A stretch of 64,000 nt of DNA from Eledone cirrhosa (Eukaryota). Shown one piece after another: positions 28,767-41,573 of this stretch. Each line of letters begins with the position of its first letter. Within the stretch, counting starts at the first letter, position 1. The stretch spans positions 6,324,001-6,388,000 of the forward strand of contig OZ024766.1 of NCBI GenBank assembly GCA_964016885.1. The letters are read 5' to 3'. The position numbers and the translations under genes were made by a program. The notes beneath the pieces are model-generated. The model was not told the DNA's origin and searched no databases. It was given only the letters and a program-made list of their open reading frames with translations.

Positions 28767-30005
28767 TTAACCCCATCCATTACCATATTTCTAATGAAAG
28801 ACACTGTCTATGTCATTAACCCTTTCATTACTATATATCTAATGAAAGACACTGTCTATGTCATTAACCCTTCCATTACTATATATCTAATAAAAGACAC
28901 TGTCTATGTCATTAACCCTTCCATTACTATATTTCTAATGAAAGACACTGTCTATGTCATTAACCCTTCCATTACTATATATCTAATGAAAGACACTGTC
29001 TATGTCATTAACCCTTCCATTACCATATTTCTAATGAAAGACACTGTCTATGTCATTAACCCTTCCATTACTATATTTCTAATGAAAGACACTGTCTATG
29101 TCATTAACCCTTCCATTACTATATTTCTAATGAAAGACACTGTCTATGTCATTAACCCTTCCATTACCATATATCTAATGAAAGACACTGTCTATGTCAT
29201 TAACCCTTCCATTACTATATTTCTAATGAAAGACACTGTCTATGTCATTAACCCTTCCATTACCATATTTCTAATGAAAGACACTGTCTATGTCATTAAC
29301 CCTTCCATTACCATATTTCTAATGAAAGACACTGTCTATGTCATTAACCCTTCCATTACCATATTTCTAATGAAAGACACTGTCTATGTCATTAACCCTT
29401 TCATTACCATATTTCTAATGAAAGACACTGTCTATGTCATTAACCCTTCCATTACCATATTTCTAATGAAAGACACTGTCTATGTCATTAACCCTTCTAT
29501 TACCATATTTCTAAGGAACGACACTGTCTATGTCATTAACCCTTCCATTACCATATTTCTAATGAAAGACACTGTCTATGTCATTAACCCTTTCATTACC
29601 ATATTTCTAATGAAAGACACTGTCTATGTCATTAACCCTTCCATTACCATATTTCTAATGAAAGACACTGTCTATGTCATTAACCCTTCCATTACCATAT
29701 TTCTAATGAAAGACACTGTCTATGTCATTAACCCTTCCATTACCATATTTCTAATGAAAGACACTACCTATGTCATTAACCCTTCCATTATCATATTTCT
29801 AATGAAAGACACTGTCTATGTCATTAACCCTTCCATTACCATATTTCTAATGAAAGACACTGTCTATGTCATTAACCCTTCCATTATCATATTTCTAATG
29901 AAAGACACTGTCTATGTCATTAACCCTTCCATTACCATATTTCTAATGAAAGACACTGCCTATGTCGTTAACCCTTTCATTACCTTATTTCTAATGAAAG
30001 ACACT
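28767..30005. repeat. 48-bp AT-rich minisatellite (about 26 copies)
   Basis: ttaacccttccattaccatatttctaatgaaagacactgtctatgtca. Explains the 416-aa ORF. Confidence 0.97.
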
Positions 30006-30297
30006 TTGGAAGGGTATACTAATATAATTTTACTATTAAACTAATGTTGGAGGCATAACTTAAAGGTTTTTACATAACTATAATCACTTTGAAATAATTA
30101 ATAATTTTAGTAAAACCAGCTCTGGTTCTATGACACAAAACCACCCATTTTACAGGGTTCCTATATAGATTTAACTCTTCCAACAAAATTTTATATAAGA
30201 ACCTGTGTTAAGTTACTATCTTAGTAATGAAATAATTAATAATTTTAATAATTCCCTGCAAATTCTTCATTAATTAATTGAAAAAGATGTTTTTTTT

Positions 30298-30600
30298 TAG
30301 AAATATGATCACAAAAGGTTTAATATTAACAGCTTTGTTATCATAAAACTAGGAAACATTTCAGATAGTTTAGGGCCAAAAGTGTTAATATTGCTAGAAA
30401 TATGACCCCAAAAGGTTTTAATATTAACAGCTATGTTAACTAGGGGTCTTAAGTGTTAATATTGCTAGAAATATGACCCCAAATGGTTTTAATATTAACA
30501 GCTATGTTAACTAGGGGCCAAAACTGTTAATATTGCTAGAAATATGATCCCAAAAGGTTTTAATATTAACAGCTGTGTTAACTAGGGGCCAAGAGTGTCA
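30298..30600. repeat. About 70-bp tandem repeat (about 4 copies) in the putative FECH 3' UTR
   Basis: ttaatattgctagaaatatgaccccaaaaggttttaatattaacagctatgttaactagggg, directly after the FECH stop codon. Confidence 0.85.
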
Positions 30601-30613
30601 AATATTGGTGTCA

Positions 30614-30814
30614 TCATGAGATCTGGGAGGCCTGTTTTTTCAGTTGATCAGCACTGGTTTCAGCTTTGAGCGCGTCCAATGAGGGTTGGTGAGCCTGAAA
30701 AAACTCGCGCATCTTTTGGCAGTTGATGTTGATGCAACCGGGACATCGGAGCGAGAGCTGGGTTGATACACATTCCCCTGTTAACAGGTGCTTCTTAGCG
30801 ACATCTGCTAGCGC
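30614..30814 (-). CDS. FECH: FECH last coding exon with stop
   Basis: ALADVAKKHLLTGECVSTQLSLRCPGCININCQKMREFF...QIS*, with the CxxCxxxxC [2Fe-2S] motif. The ten exons total 1242 nt (413 aa plus stop). Confidence 0.95.
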   Translation of the reverse strand, partial: ALADVAKKHLLTGECVSTQLSLRCPGCININCQKMREFFQAHQPSLDALKAETSADQLKKQASQIS

Positions 30815-30936
30815 CTATTGGAAGATGAAGACACAGGTAAGTGAATCTGTGTGTGTGTGTATATATATATGTCATCATTGTTTAATGTTTATTTTTATTC
30901 GTGATTGTATGGGTTAGACAGGTTATTTTATTATAC

Positions 30937-31010
<74 letters not shown>

Positions 31011-31477
31011 TTTACGTCCGCTTTTCCCTGCTTGCAAGGGTGGGACGGGTCTTATTCAGCACAGCATCTCTCCACATATTTCTATATATATATACACACA
31101 CACACACACATATATATAGACATACACACACACACATATAGACATATACACACACACACACATATAGACATATACACACACACACATATATACACATATA
31201 GACATATACACACACATACACATATATACACATATAGACATATACACACACACATATATACACATACACACACACATATATACACATACACACACACACA
31301 GACATATATATATACACATACACACACACACATATAGACATATACACACACACACACATATATATACACATAGACATACACACACACACACATATATATA
31401 CACATACACACACACATATATATATCAACTAACATATATATATACATATATATACATGAAGTCAACAGATTACTTAC

Positions 31478-31534
31478 CTCAATAAATGTTCCACTGTCGT
31501 TTAGGGATGCTGACCTTTTGATATTGCCACCTAC
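31478..31534 (-). CDS. FECH: FECH exon
   Basis: ttccag|VGGNIKRSASLNDSGTFIE|gtaagt (cf. NIRRAESLNGNPLF). Confidence 0.93.
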
Positions 31535-31599
31535 CTGGAAAAAAAGGGGTTGAAATAATAAAAAAAAAAAAGATTAGGGTTCACATTACATATTTCTTC

Positions 31600-32175
31600 T
31601 TCGTCATCACCCACTTATTCCTGAGAGGGTCGTGGAGGGGTCAAAGTCCTCAAACACTCCCTCCAGTGGGTCCTGTCAGAAACAAACGTCTCCAACTGAT
31701 CTGGTTGGATCCCCCAAGCAAGACCAGACAAGCTCAGGGATGTTATCCAACCATCTTGCTCGGGGTCTACCCCTGGGTCTCCTGTCGGTTGGGTTTGCCC
31801 GTAAAATCTATCCAGAGATTCTTTCCTGAGACATTCTAACCACATGTCTGTAGTATCAGAGCTGTGGTCTCTCAATTCAGAGATTCTTTCCTCAGACATT
31901 CTAACCACATGTCTGTAGTATCAGAGCTGTGATCTCTCAATTCAGAGATTCTTTCCTGAGACATTCTAACCACATGTCTGTAGTATCAGAGCTGTGATCT
32001 CTCAATTTAGAGATTCTTTCCTGAGACATTCTAACCACATGTCTGTAGTATCAGAGCTGTGATCTCTCAATTCAGAGATTCTTTCCTGAGACATTCTAAC
32101 CACATGTCTGTAGTATCAGAGCTGTGATCTCTCAATTCAGAGATTCTTTCCTGAGACATTCTAACCACATGTCTG
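31600..32175 (-). mobile_element. RTE-like LINE 3' fragment with 65-bp tandem amplification
   Basis: The minus strand reads RPRGRPRARWLDN...DRTHWR in mixed frames. The unit cagagattctttcctgagacattctaaccacatgtctgtagtatcagagctgtgatctctcaatt occurs about 5.5 times. Confidence 0.75.
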
Positions 32176-32935
32176 CAAGGGTGGGACGGGAACTGATTCT
32201 GGCTTGATTTCTACAGCTGGATGCCCTTCCTAACACCAACCTCATTTACAGTGAGTGCTGGGTGCTTTTTCTTTTGCCGTGGCACCTCCACGACCACTTT
32301 GCAGTGGAATGATAGGGGCCCCAGTCCCTATCATCTCATTTCTACAGCTGGATGCCCTTCCTAACACCAACCTCATTTACAGTGAGTGCTGGGTGCTTTT
32401 TTGCCGTGGCACCTCCACGACCACTTTGCAGTGGAATGATAGGGACCCCAGTCCCTATCATCTCATTTCTACAGCTGAGTAAACTGGAGCAATGTGAAAT
32501 AAAGTGTCTTGCTCAAGGAAACAACACATCACCCGGTCTGAGAAATGAACTCACAACCTTTCGATTGCAAGGCCAATGCTCTAACCACTAAGCCATGTGC
32601 CTCCAAATGTATTAAACTGAAATTTGATTGTTTTATATTCTGTATCTCGGCTCTGTAATACATTGACTGGTAATTGGTTAGTACTTAGTACTACCGTTTC
32701 AGATTTATAATTGTATATAACTCATATATAAGTATAAATATTATTATTGCGGTGGATTGGCAGTATCGGTAGAGGGTCGGACGACATGCTTTCCAGCATA
32801 GTTACGTCTCTTTACGATCTGAGTTCAAATCCCGTCGAAGTTAACTTTGCCTTTCATCCTTACGGGGTCGATGAAATAAAGTACCAGTAATGCACTCGCA
32901 CGCACGCACGGACACACACACACACATATACTTAC

Positions 32936-33100
32936 TTCAGTCCCTAATTCCTCAATATACTCCATGTCCATCTCATACAGGGTCTCTATGTGGTCGCTGG
33001 TGAATGCTATGGGGACCAGCAGTAGGTTCTTTCGACCCCGCGTCACCAAACCTCGTATTGCTTCGTCAGTCTGTGGCGCCAACCACGTTAGGGGGCCGAC
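32936..33100 (-). CDS. FECH: FECH exon
   Basis: [55 protein letters not shown]. Confidence 0.97.
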
Positions 33101-33797
33101 CTGAAATAGAAAGAATGGGTAGAGTAACAGACAGCACCAGGTATTGTGTTCATGGGTAGAGTGTAAGGATGGGGCACCAGGTATTGTGTGCATTGGTGTC
33201 GGGAAATGATAGACACACACACGCACATATATATATATATATATACACACACATACATTTACATATATATACGCAACAACACCACCAGCTCTCTCTCCGC
33301 GATCTTCACTTGAGTGGAGTGAGTCGCTCACTCCACTCGAGCTCTACTCACTCCACTCGAGCTCTACTCAATGCGTCACTCATCTTGGGCTGCCACACCA
33401 CACCACACTCAAACGCCACCGACCTTCGACTGTCACACAACACTCCACTCAATGAGTCACTCAATCCACTCGAGCTCCACTCAACGAGTCACTCACCTTG
33501 GGCTGCCACACCACACCACACTCAAACTCCACCGACGTTCGACTGTCGCACAACACTCCACTCAATGAGTCACTCACTCACTCCACCTCGAGCTCCACTC
33601 AACGAGTCACTCACCTTGGCCTGTCACACCACACTCAAACTCCACCGACCTTCGACTGTCACACAACACTCCACTCAATGAGTCACTCACCTTGGACTGC
33701 CACACCACACCACACTCCACCGACCTTCGACTGTCACACAACACTCCACTCAATGAGTCACTCAATCCACTCGAGCTCCACTCAACGAGTCACTCAC

Positions 33798-33905
33798 CTT
33801 GGACTGCCACACCAGTCTGTATGGATGAGAGAAGCTAAGTTCCTCCATCACTTGTTGTACTGTGGCTGCTACTTCTGCGGGGTAGGTGTCACCTCTCTCC
33901 ACAAC
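33798..33905 (-). CDS. FECH: FECH exon
   Basis: VVERGDTYPAEVAATVQQVMEELSFSHPYRLVWQSK|gtgagt. Confidence 0.96.
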
Positions 33906-35238
33906 CTGTGGGGTAGAGACAATAGAGAAAATAACAATAACATCTATCCCGTTTTTTTTTTTAAAAAAACACGATAATATTGATTTATGCTGGACTCCAT
34001 ATCTTTTGTTGAGTTTTTTCGTAATGTTTTGACTGCTGTTTCTTGTAAACAGAAATTCGTCTCATTCTGACGTCACCAGCTCTGTTCTCCATGTGTGTTT
34101 ATTAATTCAATTCCACACGAGGTTTGACTAGCCTGCTTTTAAATTCCCCTCTGGCATATTTTAGCTGTGGGCTTAGTTAACGTGTTGAGCACTACTGAAG
34201 AACGATCCCAACCGTGACTAACCCCACTGAACAATTTCGTGAAATAGTCTTTTAAAGACTATATAGAGCATTTGTAGATTTTTCCAAATTGACGGATAAG
34301 TATTTACTCTTAATTTTATTTTGAGTTAAGATTCCATTGGTTTTTTCCCCCGGATTACACAAAATCTGTGGATAAAATTTCTGGTCTTGACTTGTTTTGA
34401 ATTGGGATTAAATTATTTTCCCATATCTTACGTTAAATATTTTTCATCTTGACGTAATAGTCACTTATATGTCTGAATTACTGTTGGCTTCTTGCTCACA
34501 TTAATTTCTCTATCTTCATTTATATATATATATACATATATATATATTATATTATATTTTGAGAATAAACTCTCAGTCGTTTACAATAATTAAGCTCCAG
34601 GAAGGGGCTCTTCCGAGCAGTTAAATACATTTAAAGTATATGATAAACACGAAAAGTGTTTATATTGCAACAGACAAAGTTAGCTATTAATGAAATAAAC
34701 TAATAAAAGTGAATACAATTTGTCTGTCTCGATATAAGTCAATAAAGACAAGGTTATATTGGCAACTGCCATGATTCCTGGACATATTTAAAATTCAAAC
34801 CTGTTCTGTAGACGAATTTGAACCTCGAAACCCAAATAAGTTTCGCAATGGTGGAATGTGAATTGAAAAATAAAGAGAATCGAAATGGAATAGAATACAG
34901 AAGCGAAAACCAACCAAACAATGAGTGTGTTCTGTTATTATTTCTGGCAATATTATTACAACAATATGACCCTCCCCAAGTATAACAATATTTGTGTATA
35001 TATATATATATATATATAAGGGATAACAAAATATTGTTATAAGTAATCCAGTTAGAGGTTGTGAATACTTCTTATTATGGATAGTTTTAGGGTACAGCTT
35101 TGTTTGACTCAACAAGAGGTTTACGTAGATGATGAGTTTATGATTTCACTTGTATTCCTATGTAAGTTTATCTTGGAGTAATAAAATTGAAAAAGTGGAG
35201 AATAACATGGTCAACAGTACAACAAAGGAGATTTATTT

Positions 35239-35350
35239 ACAGTCTGACAATTGTTTCACTGATTAAGTTGCCTAAAAATTGCTGAACACTAGAAGCAGTG
35301 CTACTCAATTTTAAATACGATGTTAGCTCGATCAGATCTTCAGAAACTGT
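35239..35350 (-). ncRNA. Hammerhead fold in the sense strand of a FECH intron
   Basis: ACAGUUU-CUGAAGA-uCUGAU...AUCAGu-GAAAC-AAUU-GUC^AGACUGU. Confidence 0.75.
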
Positions 35351-35606
35351 TGAATTGAGTGGCACTGCTTCTAGTGTTCAGCAATTTTTAGACAACTTAA
35401 TCATGAAACAATTGTCAGACTGCAAAGAATGACTATGTTATTCTCCACTTTTTCAATTTTATATATATATATATAGGACAAACCATCTAACCCATGCTAG
35501 CGTGGAAGAACGGACGTAAAACGGTGATGATGATGATGATGATGATATATATATATATATATATATATGACCAATAAACAAGTGTATGTAGAAGAGGTGA
35601 ACTTAC

Positions 35607-35705
35607 CTTGAGAGGTAAGGAATGGGCTGAGAAGAGAATGACCACATCATTCCGGACATCTGGTGTGAACTGGTGAAGGGCAGTCCTTATGTTGTCTGAT
35701 ATAGC
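35607..35705 (-). CDS. FECH: FECH exon
   Basis: AISDNIRTALHQFTPDVRNDVVILFSAHSLPLK, containing the catalytic His in FSAHSLP. Confidence 0.97.
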
Positions 35706-36668
35706 CTGGTGGTGGTTGTGGTGGTGGTATGGTGATGGTGAGGTGGTGGTAGTGGTGTGATGGTGAGGTGGTGGTGGTGGTATGGTGATGGTGAGGTGGT
35801 GGTAGTGGTGTAGTGGTGGTGGTGGTGTATTAGTGGTATGGTGGTGTGGTGGTGGTGGTGTAGTGGTGGTGGTGGTGTAGTAGTGGTATGGTGGTGGTGG
35901 TGTAGTGGTGGTATAGTGATGGTGTGATGGTGAGGTGGTTGTAGTGGTGTAGTAGTGGTGGTGGTGGTTATGGTGATGGTGTAGTGGTGGTATGGTGATG
36001 GTGAGGTGGTGGTAGTGGTGTGATGGTGAGGTGGTGGTAGTGGTGTGATGGTGGTGGTGGTATGGTGATGGTGAGGTGGTGGTAGTGGTGTAGTGGTGGT
36101 GGTGGTGTAGTAGTGGTATGGTGGTGTGGTGGTGGTGGTGTAGTGGTGGTGGTGGTGTAGTAGTGGTATGGTGGTGGTGGTGTAGTGGTGGTATGGTGTG
36201 GTGGTGTAGTGGTGGTATGGTGATGGTGAGGTGGTTGTAGTGGTGTAGTAGTGGTGGTGGTGTAGTGGTGGTTATGGTGATGGTGTAGTGGTGGTGGTGT
36301 AGTGGTGGTATGGTGATGGTGTATGAGGTGGTGTGGTGGTGGTGTAGTGGTGGAGAAGAAAAAAGATAATTAATAATGAAATAACACACACATACATACA
36401 TACATACATACATACATACATAAAGAGAGAGACAGTCATACACAGACACACACATACATAGATATATATACAGACACACATACATATATACATATAAATA
36501 CATATATACATACATACATAATTCATTTCTACGCACACACACACACACACACATCTATCTTTCTATATATACACACACACAGACATATATGCAAACATAT
36601 ATACATATATATACAAACATAAGACTATATGTATATATATATACACAGAAATAAGAGAGGTGTCTTAC

Positions 36669-36837
36669 CTTGACCAGTCCAGGGTGAGTTGGCCACCGGT
36701 CAATAACACTCCAGACCATGTGGGTGGAAGCATCCCGCTGGGCGTAGTACTTGTATATACCATTTAGACTACTTCCTGTGGTGGAGCAGGTGTATTGTGG
36801 GTACTGGGTGAAAGCTATGGCTCTTTCAATACCATCA
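36669..36837 (-). CDS. FECH: FECH exon
   Basis: [31 protein letters not shown]...[15 protein letters not shown]. Contains the ferrochelatase PQYxCSTTGSS motif with the first [2Fe-2S] Cys. Confidence 0.97.
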
Positions 36838-37637
36838 CTGAAACACAGAGATATCATCATAATTTTATGTCTGCTATTTCCCAGCTTGCAAGGGTGGGAC
36901 GGGAACTGATTCTGGCTTGATTTCTACAGCTGGATGCCCTTCCTAACACCAACCTCATTTACAGTGAGTGCTGGGTGCTTTTTTGCCATGGCACCTCCAC
37001 CTCCACTTTACAGTGAGTGCTGGGTGCTTTTTTGCCATGGCACCTCCACCTCCACTTTACAGTGAGTGCTGGGTGCTTTTTTGCCATGGCACCTCCACCT
37101 CCACTTTACAGTGAGTGCTGGGTGCTTTTTTGCTGTGGCACCTCCACGTCCACTTTACAGTGAGTGCTGGGTGCTTTTTTGCCAGCAATTACACAGTGCA
37201 TTACTGGTACTTTATTTTATCGATCCCGTAAGGATGAAAGGCAAAAGTAGAAACAATTATTAAAATAAGTTGGATTATTTTGAATAAATAATGAATGAAT
37301 ATTACATAATTTATCTACTAAATTTCGTAGATTAAACATAAATAATCTTATATATAATGTATTGCAATGTCAACTCTGGATGTCGGTGAGCATGTCCAGC
37401 TAACCTCAGTCTCCTCTGTCACTTTTGAGCTGACTTTTGGGAGCCCCTACTTGGACACACTGGAAGAGGAAGACCAAGGTTAACATATGTTGAAGCCCTG
37501 TGTTGTAAAATAATAAAGTGGACACAGTCTCGCAGTTCTCTAAACATTATATAAAAGACATACATACATACATGTGAGTGTGTATATAAAATGAAATAAA
37601 ATGATGTATATGTATATATATATATATATTTACTTAC

Positions 37638-37710
37638 TGTTCCATTTCCTCAATAGAGTCTTCGGCAAGGGGGGGAGCATAGCGAAACCCAACGTAGTAC
37701 TTGTGTGGGG
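37638..37710 (-). CDS. FECH: FECH exon
   Basis: APHKYYVGFRYAPPLAEDSIEEME, with AG/GT boundaries. Confidence 0.96.
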
Positions 37711-38164
37711 CTGGAATAGAGAGGAAGAGAGAGTCAGACAGTGAGACAAGGACCTGTCCAACCCATGCAAGCATGGAAAAGAGGACATATAAATGATGAC
37801 GATATATCATCATCATCATCATCATCATCAACGTTTAACGTCCGTGTTCCACGCTTGCATGGGTTTGGACGGGGGTAGTCCCACTTGAGGCAAGAGTGAT
37901 TGTCTTGCTCGCATAGGACTGTCTGGCAGGTTTTCTACAGTTGGATGCCCTTCCTAACACCAACCACATTTACAGTGTGGGTCTGGGAGGTTTTTACCGT
38001 GTTGCCTACACGGCCACATTACAGCGTGGACTGTGTGTTTTTTTGTCGTGACACCTACACGATCTCATTTGTTTCGGCCTGGATGGCGCGGCACCAACAT
38101 AACTTTACATAGAACGGGGTGGTGTGGATGGGGTGGGGGTGGTGGCGGGACGGGGTGTATTTTG

Positions 38165-38732
38165 TTAGAGATGCCTACTGGCAAGGCGGGTCTTCTCTGT
38201 TACTGAGTACCGCCAAAGGTCTCGTTCCAGTGACATTGTCTTGGAGAGGTGTAAGTGTGTGAGGTCGGAGTTTATCAGCTCATCCCAGGTTTTTCTAGGT
38301 CTGCCTATTCCGTGGCTACCGTCTATCTTTATTGCCCTGCACTTTGTTATACAGCTATCGACTTTCATGCGCATCACGTGTCCATACCAACGCAGCCTTC
38401 TCTCGAGTAAACAACATCTGATCCCTCTTATCTCTAATTTTTTCCTTAGTTCGTTTATGCTTTGCCGTTCACGTATATTACTGTTACACATCCAGCGGAG
38501 CATGCAAGCTTCGTTCCTCTCTAGTCTGCGTATATCCTCTGCACACAATGCCCAGGTCTCACTACCATGCAACATTGCTGTTCGTATGCAGGCCTCGTAC
38601 AACCTGCCTTTCATTTTTAGGGAGAACCCTTTAGCAGCTAATAGTGGTATAAGCTCTCTGAACTTTTTCCAACCAGTTCTGACTCTAGCTACAGTACTTT
38701 CAGAGCACCCTCCCCCACTGCTGATTTTATCG
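38165..38732 (-). mobile_element. RTE-clade LINE ORF fragment
   Basis: DKISSGGGCSESTVARVRTGWKKFREL...KGRLYEACIRTAMLHGSETW...RRLRWYGHVMRM...GRPRKTW. Confidence 0.92.
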
Positions 38733-39153
38733 TATATATATATATATATATAAAGGCACATGGCTTAGAGCATTGGCCTTGCAATCGAAAGGTTGGGAGT
38801 TCAATTCTCAGACCGGGTGATGTGTTGTTTCCTTGAGCAAGACACTTTATTTCACATTGCTCCAGTTTACTCAGCTGTAGAAATGAGATGATAGGGACTG
38901 GGGTCCCTATCATTCCACTGTAAAGTGGACGTGGAGGTGCCGCAGTTTAAGCACCCAGCACTCACTGTAAATGAGGTTGGTGTTAGGAAGGGCATCCAGC
39001 TGTAGAATTCAAGCCAGAATCAGTTCCCGTATGAGCAAGGCAAGGTCAGCCGACCGGACACTGCCCACAACAGGACAACCCGTCTAACCCATGCTAGCGT
39101 GGAAGAACGGACGTAAAACAGTGAAGATGATGATATATATATATGAGACTGAC

Positions 39154-39302
39154 CTGTATTAGGGCTAATCTTGTCCAACAGCTCCACCATCCTCTGTCCC
39201 TGGATTGATGTCCAATGCTTAATGGGGGAACCACCCCCGATCTTAGAGTACTGCTCTTGGATACGGGGGGTCCTTCGTTTTGCTATTAATGGACCCAACT
39301 GG
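39154..39302 (-). CDS. FECH: FECH exon
   Basis: [49 protein letters not shown], with AG/GT boundaries. Confidence 0.97.
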
Positions 39303-39527
39303 CTGGAAAAGAAAAAAAAACGAAAAGTGGGGAAGAATAATAGATAAATAGATACGTATATATATATAAGATTGTCAACAAATAGGCAGATCTCACACAA
39401 TGCAGCCTCAACAGATGAATACTGCTTGATTATGGCTGACAACTGATGCAACCAAGACACCATAGTAAAAAGCAATATATGGAACATTATATTATGTAAC
39501 ATTATTTTAATTTATATTCCTTTGAAA

Positions 39528-39645
39528 TTCTGATGAGCCACTCTGTTTTTTAAATATGTTAATTATTTTCAACTGAACCAGATCAATTATGATATATAGT
39601 CATCTGATCCAAAAATATTATATGGAGTAGCGAAACAATTGTAAA
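39528..39645 (+). ncRNA. Hammerhead core with degraded stem I
   Basis: UU-CUGAUGA-GCcACUCUGU...AUGGAGUaGC-GAAAC-AAUU-GUA^AA. Confidence 0.55.
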
Positions 39646-40190
39646 CGGACATTATTATTATTATTCTCTACATTCCTTACATCAAACTAAAATATGTTGA
39701 CAATCTTTTAATAATGTCTTCCTTGTGAAGTTTGTGGCCTTGTTTTGCTTAACTAATGAATATTTCCAGCTCTGCGCACCTAACTTCTGCATGAACCCAG
39801 CTACCTAGCTGCTTTCTACTGCATACTGCACATTGAGCCTTTACACTTTGGCTTCTAACTAATTCACCAATCTCTCCTCTCATATCTCCTCTACTATCTC
39901 CATCTCTCTCTTTAAGATTGATTACTCTTGAACTGTGTGTGTATATATATATATATGGCTGAATATTTAGAGAATTGGATTCGAAATCGTGAGGTTGTGA
40001 GTTCCATTTCCGGAACAGGTGATGTGTTATGTCCTTGAGCAAGACACTTTATTTCACGTTGTTCCTTCTACCTGGAGTTGCGACCGATAGATAGTATTAG
40101 CAACTGGAAAGACCAATGGAAACATTGTTTCCTCGGTCCGACTTGACGAAAGTCACTTGACTGTCTATATATACATAAATAAATAGACAT

Positions 40191-40221
<31 letters not shown>

Positions 40222-40550
40222 CAGACGCACAAAATTGCTGGCTTCGTGTCTAAATTAGAAAAAATCCAAGGGAGATAATTGTAGAAAAAATATAATTACG
40301 AAGTTGTCTCCCGTGAAATTAGCTAAGGCAGTGTGGCCAAAAAGCACCCAGTCCACTCTGTAAAGTGGTCATGTAGGTGTCACAACAAAAAGCACAGTCC
40401 ACTCTGTAAAGTGGTCATGTAGGTGTCACAACAAAAAGCACCCAGTCCACTCTGTAAAGTGGTCATGTAGGTGTCATGACAAAAAGTACCCAGCAATAGA
40501 AGCCAAGCTAGAAACAGTTGATGATGATATATATTAATAGGTACACTTAC

Positions 40551-40673
40551 TTTTGGGCAGGGAGAGTCATCAGGTCCCTATCAAGGAAGAGCCTCTGTAA
40601 AAAGTCCTGGACCCCATCTAAGGTCTCAGGCCCTCCCATGTTTAACATCAATATCCCTGTTTTGGGCTTCGTA
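40551..40673 (-). CDS. FECH: FECH exon
   Basis: [40 protein letters not shown], with AG/GT boundaries. Confidence 0.97.
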
Positions 40674-41008
40674 CTGAAATAGACAGAGAATAGGATTCAA
40701 TTTGGTGGTTGTGGTGGTATAGTGGTGCGGTGTTGGTGGTGTAGTAGTGGTGGTGGTGTAGTGGTGCGGTGTTGGTGGTGTAGTGGTGGTGTTGTAGTGG
40801 TGATGGTGTTGTGGTGTGGTGGTGTTGTGTTGGTGATGGTGTAGTGGTGGTGTTGCGGTGGATTTAAAAATTAATCGATTTTCCCCAATAGGGGGAGACA
40901 TTTCATATGGGTAACACATACCCCCGAAAAAATGTGCAACCCTCATCTCCAGGAGTACGAAGAGTAGACAACATAGATAGATAGATAGATAGGTGATGTC
41001 GAATTTAC

Positions 41009-41106
41009 CTGTAATTAAGAGCCAGGCAGGTGTGTTGAGGTAAATATTTGGTCTGGAGAAAAAGTTTAGTCCCAACATATCGGGAAATCTGACTCAAAAC
41101 TTTCAT
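41009..41106 (-). CDS. FECH: FECH first coding exon (mitochondrial presequence-like)
   Basis: ttttag|ACATC ATG AAA GTT...TAC AG|gtaaat. Encodes MKVLSQISRYVGTKLFLQTKYLPQHTCLALNYS, which is basic/hydroxylated with no acidic residues. Phase 2 joins the next exon. The acceptor before the ATG implies an upstream non-coding exon. Confidence 0.85.
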
Positions 41107-41182
41107 GATGTCTAAAATATAGAAAAGACAGGAATATATGTGAGATGGTTTAAAGACTAACATAACATGAATTGGACAGTAA

Positions 41183-41229
<47 letters not shown>

Positions 41230-41573
41230 TTAGTGGTTAGAGCATTGGCCTTGCAATCGAAAGGTTGTCAGTTCAATTCTCAGACCGGGTGATGTGTTGT
41301 TTCCTTGAGCAAGACACTTTATTTCACATTGCTCCAGTTTACTCAGCTGTAGAAATGAGATGATAGGGACTGGGGTCCCTATCATTCCACTACAAAGTGG
41401 TCGTGGAGGTGCCACGGCAAAAGAGCACCCAGCACTCACTGTAAATGAGGTTGGTGTTAGGAAGGGCATCCAGCTGTAGAAATCAAGCCCGAATCAGTTC
41501 CCGTCCCACCCTTGCAAGCAGGGAAAAAGCGGACGTAAAATGATGATGATGATATATAAATAAATAAATATAT

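Noticed and set aside
28767-28800. piggyBac ends (TTAACCC; also GGGTTAA at about 62690)
   Set aside because: Only the short motif is present, with no paired terminal repeats or transposase remnant.
28794-30044. 416-aa MKDTVYVINPSITIFL repeat ORF
   Set aside because: It is a pure 48-bp tandem repeat with almost no synonymous variation.
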